Shown here in pieces: positions 59,276-64,000 of a DNA stretch of 64,000 bases; positions within the stretch are counted from its first letter, which is position 1; the number at the start of each line of letters is the position of its first letter. Source of the DNA: a virus. The notes under the pieces are model-generated. The model did no database searches, was not told the origin of the DNA, and saw only the letters and a list, made by a program, of their open reading frames with translations. The stretch lies in the IMG/VR virus record IMGVR_UViG_3300042445_000711, positions 1 through 64,000 of that record; one strand, given 5' to 3'. Both the position numbers and the translations under genes were made by a program.

Positions 59276-60492
59276 TATGTTTTACTTAAATAATTATTGG
59301 CAGATAATATTGTTTTTAATTTATTTGAAATTTGAACAAAATCACTTGCATTCATAGGTCCAAGTCCTGTTGTTCCAGAGTTTGTTAAATATTGTTGATT
59401 TAAAATAGCAAGTATTAATTCTTCCATCAAATCAACCAACTCACCACCTAATACCATTTGTTGTACCGCAGCTCCTACTTGTCCTGCCCCTTGATTTTTA
59501 CCTAAAAATATTTTACCACTATTTGAATTTAAAAATATTTGATTGCCACCTTCGGATTCAACTGTAACGTTGTTGGATGAAAGTAAATGAATAGGTTTAG
59601 CAGCATCTACTGAAAACGTTCCATCGGTTATAATACCCGTATTACCTTTTCCAAATATAATAAATTCTTTTGCTTTTGCAGATAATATAATTCTATCTGA
59701 ATTTACAAATAACTGGTCTCCACTAAAATCCGATGGATAACCTGCAAATGCTTTCTTTGATTTACTAATTGTTTCTTTAAATGGAACTTTTGTTTTACCT
59801 GATACAAAGTAAACAGATGAACCATCTTTGTTTATATCCTCATCAACCGTTTCACCAATTTTTTTACTATCTAATTCAGGATTTTGTTTATTACGGATGA
59901 ATATACCAGGATACGATTTACCATCGGATGATAAAAAGAATTCAGACATTCTAATTGTATTACCAACTCTACCACTTAAAATAGTATCACCATTTTTTGG
60001 TTTTAAAAATTTAATCTTTTCGTTTACATTATAACCAATATCATCATCTTTTGGCGTATTGGTTTGGGTAATTCCACCGGCAGCACTTACTTTAGTAGGG
60101 TCTAAACCTTTACCGGTATCACTCTTAGTATCTGGTTTAGTATTTTTATCAGCTGAATAATCTTTTCTATAATTTGGATATGGTGTATTAGTATATGGTA
60201 ACCAGAATGTTTGACTATATGTTCCAAACATTTTTAAAATTACAACAGTTTCACCTTTAATTGGAAATGTAAAATTATTTCTATCAAAAGGTCTAGCGAC
60301 AATATTTTGTTGAACACTATCCTCATATCTATAAGTTATTGCACCATACAAACTTGCATCTAAATCACTAAAATTTGTATTTTTGTTATAAACAGAAACA
60401 GTATCATCTATTGAACTTCCAGATTTTTCGTATTTATCAAATTTTTGATATGTTGGATAAACCGTTTCTACTGTTGCTAAAAATGTTTCCAT
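59275..60492 (-). CDS. Baseplate hub/spike protein (gp5/GpV-like, no lysozyme recognised)
   Basis: FPIKGETVVI (OB-fold), GDTILSGRVGNTIR, beta-helix-like repeats, VLGGELVDL. Confidence 0.72.
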   Translation of the reverse strand: METFLATVETVYPTYQKFDKYEKSGSSIDDTVSVYNKNTNFSDLDASLYGAITYRYEDSVQQNIVARPFDRNNFTFPIKGETVVILKMFGTYSQTFWLPYTNTPYPNYRKDYSADKNTKPDTKSDTGKGLDPTKVSAAGGITQTNTPKDDDIGYNVNEKIKFLKPKNGDTILSGRVGNTIRMSEFFLSSDGKSYPGIFIRNKQNPELDSKKIGETVDEDINKDGSSVYFVSGKTKVPFKETISKSKKAFAGYPSDFSGDQLFVNSDRIILSAKAKEFIIFGKGNTGIITDGTFSVDAAKPIHLLSSNNVTVESEGGNQIFLNSNSGKIFLGKNQGAGQVGAAVQQMVLGGELVDLMEELILAILNQQYLTNSGTTGLGPMNASDFVQISNKLKTILSANNYLSKT

Positions 60493-60896
60493 TATAATTT
60501 AGTTTTTATATCTTCTATTTCAACTTGAATATCTAATAATTTCTCATCATTCTTTTTATCAATCTCATTAACAGTATCTTCCAATTCCGTTAATAATTGT
60601 GCTTTCTCATGCTCACTCAACCAACCATCTTCACCAATTCCCTTTGCTTCAGCTGCTGCCAATCTTTGTGCAATGGTTGCTAATTTAATTAAATGGTCAT
60701 CATTTTTAATAGATGAATCAATTAAATCTCTAATAATAGGTGCAAGGACTGTTGCTTCACCTACATTACGAATCAACTTACGAAGAGATTCAATCATATC
60801 CGATATATTCTTCTTTTTTACTTGTTGATTATCGTAAATATCTTTAAATAGTGATGATAAGTTTTTACCATCAAATAACTGAAATTCAGATGCCAT
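60492..60896 (-). CDS. Hypothetical helical protein
   Basis: 134-aa ORF coupled to the downstream gene by TAATG. Confidence 0.7.
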   Translation of the reverse strand: MASEFQLFDGKNLSSLFKDIYDNQQVKKKNISDMIESLRKLIRNVGEATVLAPIIRDLIDSSIKNDDHLIKLATIAQRLAAAEAKGIGEDGWLSEHEKAQLLTELEDTVNEIDKKNDEKLLDIQVEIEDIKTKL

Positions 60897-60916
60897 ATTT
60901 TATTCTTTATTAATAA

Positions 60917-62611
60917 TTATTTACTAATCAAATAATTCTCTATTATAAGATAATCCATTTCTGAATTTAAGAAAGTCCAGATTGCTTTCTTTGGGTCATT
61001 TGTTACTGTATGCCCTCTTAAATTAAATGATGTGTTTAACAAAATGGGAGTACCACTTACTTTTTCGAATTCTTTTAATAAATCGTAGTATTTTTCGTTT
61101 TGTTCTCTCCTAACCGTATGTATCCTTGCTGATTTATCTACATGAGTTACAGATGGTATCTTTTTAAAATCACTAACCTTAACTACTTGATTCATATAAG
61201 GAACTTCACTTTCTGAAACAAAATATGTTTGATAATCTTCAACTGTAACAGATGGAGCAAATGGTCTAAACATTTCCCGCTTCTTTACAACTCTATTTAT
61301 CTTATCTCTAATATCTGATATATGAGGATTTGCTAAAATAGAACGATTACCCAATGCTCTTGCACCAAATTCAGTTCTACCTTGAAACCACCCAACAATT
61401 GAACCATTGTTAATCATTTGTGCAGTTTCTTTTAATATTTCGGAATCAGATAACTTACGAACAACTATATCATCTAAATTTTCTCTAATTGCAAGTTGTA
61501 TATCGTAATCAGTATAAGATGGACCTAAATATGGAGATATATTATTACCACCTTCTACTTTTTGGTGAGCAAGTATATCATGCCAATAGTATAAACAGGC
61601 TCCAATAGCAGAACCCGCATCCGATGGTGCATATGGAATCCATACGTTCTGTATTTCGGTGTTTGCTTTGATTTTGCCGTTAGCAGTTCCATTATATGCG
61701 CAACCACCACCCAACACTAAATTCCGTTTGTCAGTACCCTTACATTCGTTTCTTATTAAGAAGTATAATTGAGATTCGTACCATTGTTGTAAGGCAGCTG
61801 CCAAATCCATATGTTCTTGCTCAATCTTTGATTCGGATGGTCTTGGTTCAAACCCAATTAGTTCAACCAAATCAAAATTGTACATATCTGTATTAGATGT
61901 TCTCCAAGTAAAATACTTTTGTCTTATATCAATTGTACCATCTTCATTAACTTTTGATATTTTGTTAAATATATGTGAGTACTTCGTTGGATTGCCATAA
62001 GGTGCTAACCCCATTACTTTATACTCACCACCATTTGGTTTGAACCCTAAATAAGCAGTTATGCTAGAATATACTAATCCTAATGAGTTTGGAAATTTGA
62101 TTGAATGTTTTTCTTTGATACCACTCTTATCACAATCTGCTACAACCACCGAATCCCACTCACCTACTCCATCAATAGACATACCAATGGCTTCCTCAAA
62201 AGGGGAAGTGTAAAAAGATAGTGCTAAATGTGATAAATGGTGTTTTACATACGTTATTGGTCCTGTATAACCAATTTGTGTTTTAAAGTAATCTTTTAAG
62301 TTTCCTTCACCGTTTGAAAATTCCTTTTTAAATGTTGTCCATTTTTTAAAGTTCTTCAACCAACTTTTACCTAAAGTAGCTTCAACCCTATCGTATTTTA
62401 GTTTTGGTTCTTCGTACCAACAAATCATATCAACTTTATCAATTGTTATTTTTGCTGATTTTAAACACCATTCTATTGCTTGTAAGGGAAATGAATTATC
62501 ATGTTTGATATTTGTAAACTTCTCCTCTTCTATTGCTGCTATTACTTCACCATCTATTACTATTGCTGCTGCTGAGTCGTGGTAAAAAGCAGATATTCCT
62601 AATTTAATCAT
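60917..62611 (-). CDS. O-carbamoyltransferase (CmcH/NodU/TobZ family)
   Basis: HDSAAA, HHLSH, DGVGE, EYKVMGLAPYG, GGCAYN, DAGSAIGA, EFGARALGNRSILA, FRPFAP, LNTSFN. Confidence 0.96.
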   Translation of the reverse strand: MIKLGISAFYHDSAAAIVIDGEVIAAIEEEKFTNIKHDNSFPLQAIEWCLKSAKITIDKVDMICWYEEPKLKYDRVEATLGKSWLKNFKKWTTFKKEFSNGEGNLKDYFKTQIGYTGPITYVKHHLSHLALSFYTSPFEEAIGMSIDGVGEWDSVVVADCDKSGIKEKHSIKFPNSLGLVYSSITAYLGFKPNGGEYKVMGLAPYGNPTKYSHIFNKISKVNEDGTIDIRQKYFTWRTSNTDMYNFDLVELIGFEPRPSESKIEQEHMDLAAALQQWYESQLYFLIRNECKGTDKRNLVLGGGCAYNGTANGKIKANTEIQNVWIPYAPSDAGSAIGACLYYWHDILAHQKVEGGNNISPYLGPSYTDYDIQLAIRENLDDIVVRKLSDSEILKETAQMINNGSIVGWFQGRTEFGARALGNRSILANPHISDIRDKINRVVKKREMFRPFAPSVTVEDYQTYFVSESEVPYMNQVVKVSDFKKIPSVTHVDKSARIHTVRREQNEKYYDLLKEFEKVSGTPILLNTSFNLRGHTVTNDPKKAIWTFLNSEMDYLIIENYLISK

Positions 62612-62614
62612 AAT

Positions 62615-63304
62615 CTACATAGTTAAGTCTCCTGTTCTGTCAAATTCACTATATAACTCCATTTGCTTGTCTTTCATTTTATTGACAATTTTGGTTATGT
62701 AATGTGTTGGATGACCAGTCATCTCTCTAATAAGTAGGTATAAAGATTTTTTATTGAAACTTTCTATGTATTCCGCTCTTCTGAATAATTCTAAAACTGC
62801 ATCTGCAATTTGCATATCACGTTTCTTTGGGAAATGATTTTCTAAATGAATATCCCAATATGCTAACATTCGTTTATTAAATGTACGGAATTCATCATTA
62901 GTATTTTCTTCTTCCCAATTGTTTTCTGTATCCCAATGGTCAGGTAAGTTTGATATAATATCGGTATCTTTATATCGTTTATAATTTGCGTTGTTATTTA
63001 AAATCAAATAATTTCTTGCAACAATAGTAAAGTAAGAGAATGCTTTACCTTTACCTGCTTTGTACATATGAATCTTTTCAATCATAAATGTAACAACTTC
63101 AGACATTACATCTCTGGGTTCATCATCAAAATAACTAAACTTCCATTTGTTATAAACTATTTCTGCAAGTTTGTCAAATGCAGGTTTAATTCTATCTTTA
63201 TAAACTTTATCTTTAACACGTTGGTCTTCGGTTAAATTGTACTCTATAATAGCATCTTCTGTATCTTTTGTGAAATACTGTTTACTTTTGGCTTTTCTAG
63301 GCAT
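62615..63304 (-). CDS. Phage sigma factor (T4 gp55 late sigma-like)
   Basis: Sigma region 2-like segment EKIHMYKAGKGKAFSYFTIVARNYLI. Similar size to gp55. Confidence 0.7.
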   Translation of the reverse strand: MPRKAKSKQYFTKDTEDAIIEYNLTEDQRVKDKVYKDRIKPAFDKLAEIVYNKWKFSYFDDEPRDVMSEVVTFMIEKIHMYKAGKGKAFSYFTIVARNYLILNNNANYKRYKDTDIISNLPDHWDTENNWEEENTNDEFRTFNKRMLAYWDIHLENHFPKKRDMQIADAVLELFRRAEYIESFNKKSLYLLIREMTGHPTHYITKIVNKMKDKQMELYSEFDRTGDLTM

Positions 63305-63305
63305 A

Positions 63306-63557
63306 TTAGTTAAATTGTTTGAATCTTTCGATGGTTTCTTTTATTTGGTAAAATATTGAACCTACATCATCATCCTTCTCAAACATCTGACGTTCATCTA
63401 TTTGTCTTAATGCCTCCAGTAATGCTTCGTTTCTCGTAATTTCTTTTTCAATGAAATCTTCGTAACTTTCTATTTTTTGTAAATTAATAATAATAACATA
63501 TCCTAATGTTATAATCAATGCTAATAAAACTGTAATTGTTATGTATAATCCTATCAT
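63306..63557 (-). CDS. Small membrane-anchored coiled-coil protein
   Basis: 25-residue hydrophobic N-terminus and a charged helical tail. Confidence 0.7.
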   Translation of the reverse strand: MIGLYITITVLLALIITLGYVIIINLQKIESYEDFIEKEITRNEALLEALRQIDERQMFEKDDDVGSIFYQIKETIERFKQFN

Positions 63558-63558
63558 A

Positions 63559-64000
63559 TTAAACTACTTCGTATCCTTGTAAAAAGAATTTATTTGAATT
63601 TTTATATTTAACTTCAACCATTTCACCATCTGGTGATTTCATTACAACTAAATCGTTTCTACCATAATTTTTACGAACAGTACGAGTAGTTGAATAAATT
63701 CTATCTTTAATTGTAATTCCATCTAAATGGTCAATTTCATGCTGAACAATAACCGTCATCATAGTTTCAGCAGAAACTCTATCATTTGCTTTATCTCCTT
63801 CTGGATTAATTTCAAATGTCAATTCTCCTAAATTATCAGTTTGTACAATAACTTTTGTAGAACGAATGGTTCTCAAAGGAGCAGTTACTGTTTTTGGAAT
63901 AGATAAACATCCTTCGTAAAATAAAAACCCGTCTTTACTACGTTCTTTGATAATTGGATTTAATAAGAATAATTCCATTCCACTTACATCATCCCCAAAT
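63559..64000 (-). CDS. def: Peptide deformylase (5' end beyond the window)
   Basis: LNP, EGCLSIP, QHEIDHLDG. The frame is open to the window edge. Confidence 0.93.
   Translation of the reverse strand, partial: FGDDVSGMELFLLNPIIKERSKDGFLFYEGCLSIPKTVTAPLRTIRSTKVIVQTDNLGELTFEINPEGDKANDRVSAETMMTVIVQHEIDHLDGITIKDRIYSTTRTVRKNYGRNDLVVMKSPDGEMVEVKYKNSNKFFLQGYEVV

Noticed and set aside
60492-60896. Terminase small subunit
   Set aside because: Size and helicity fit, but there is no diagnostic motif and it is far from terL.
10216-61896. Remaining short nested ORFs (e.g. 10216, 20001, 22283, 35733, 42399, 53795, 61696)
   Set aside because: They lie within or across well-supported genes on the opposite strand.
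1-64000. Stop-codon reassignment
   Set aside because: Code 11 gives near-complete coding density, and TAA, TAG and TGA all end genes at coupled junctions.
1-64000. CRISPR arrays, tRNA/rRNA genes, IS elements, inteins or introns
   Set aside because: None recognised. Intergenic gaps are too short and the long repeats are in-frame coding repeats. No covariance search was run.

Overview
This is an AT-rich, gene-dense segment of a large T4-like myophage (probably a jumbo phage) using the standard genetic code. The host is probably Bacteroidota: two TTTG/GTTG-N20-TATATTTG promoters are present, and starts are AT-rich without obvious Shine-Dalgarno sequences. The window begins with the terminase large subunit (not in the ORF track) and a 1933-aa mosaic protein whose domains are separated by prohead-protease-like x-x-E sites. 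A ~26 kb glycan synthesis and tailoring island follows (8.6-34.5 kb). It encodes SDR/RmlC/Fcl-like sugar enzymes, a split TPP E1 alpha/beta pair, three GT10-like proteins, four SGNH proteins, a PhyH-type dioxygenase, five N-terminal-twitch radical SAM enzymes, two GT7 enzymes with LamG inserts, GT2, GT-B and a methyltransferase. Next come a tail fibre with an S74 chaperone, an unannotated RHH regulator, an Mre11-Rad50 fusion, primase, a T7 endo I-like nuclease and a baseplate module (gp7/gp6/gp25/gp5-like). The window ends with a carbamoyltransferase, a gp55-like sigma factor and a peptide deformylase. The best candidate for a new system is a virion glycosylation/acylation pathway. An unannotated 41-aa protein ending PFVYKSF matches the DltX/SxtK-type C-terminal Tyr carrier motif and could relay carbamoyl or acyl groups to the SGNH proteins. 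The virion proteins are rich in [S/T]-G-S, a candidate glycosylation sequon. All assignments come from motif recognition by eye; no searches were run.
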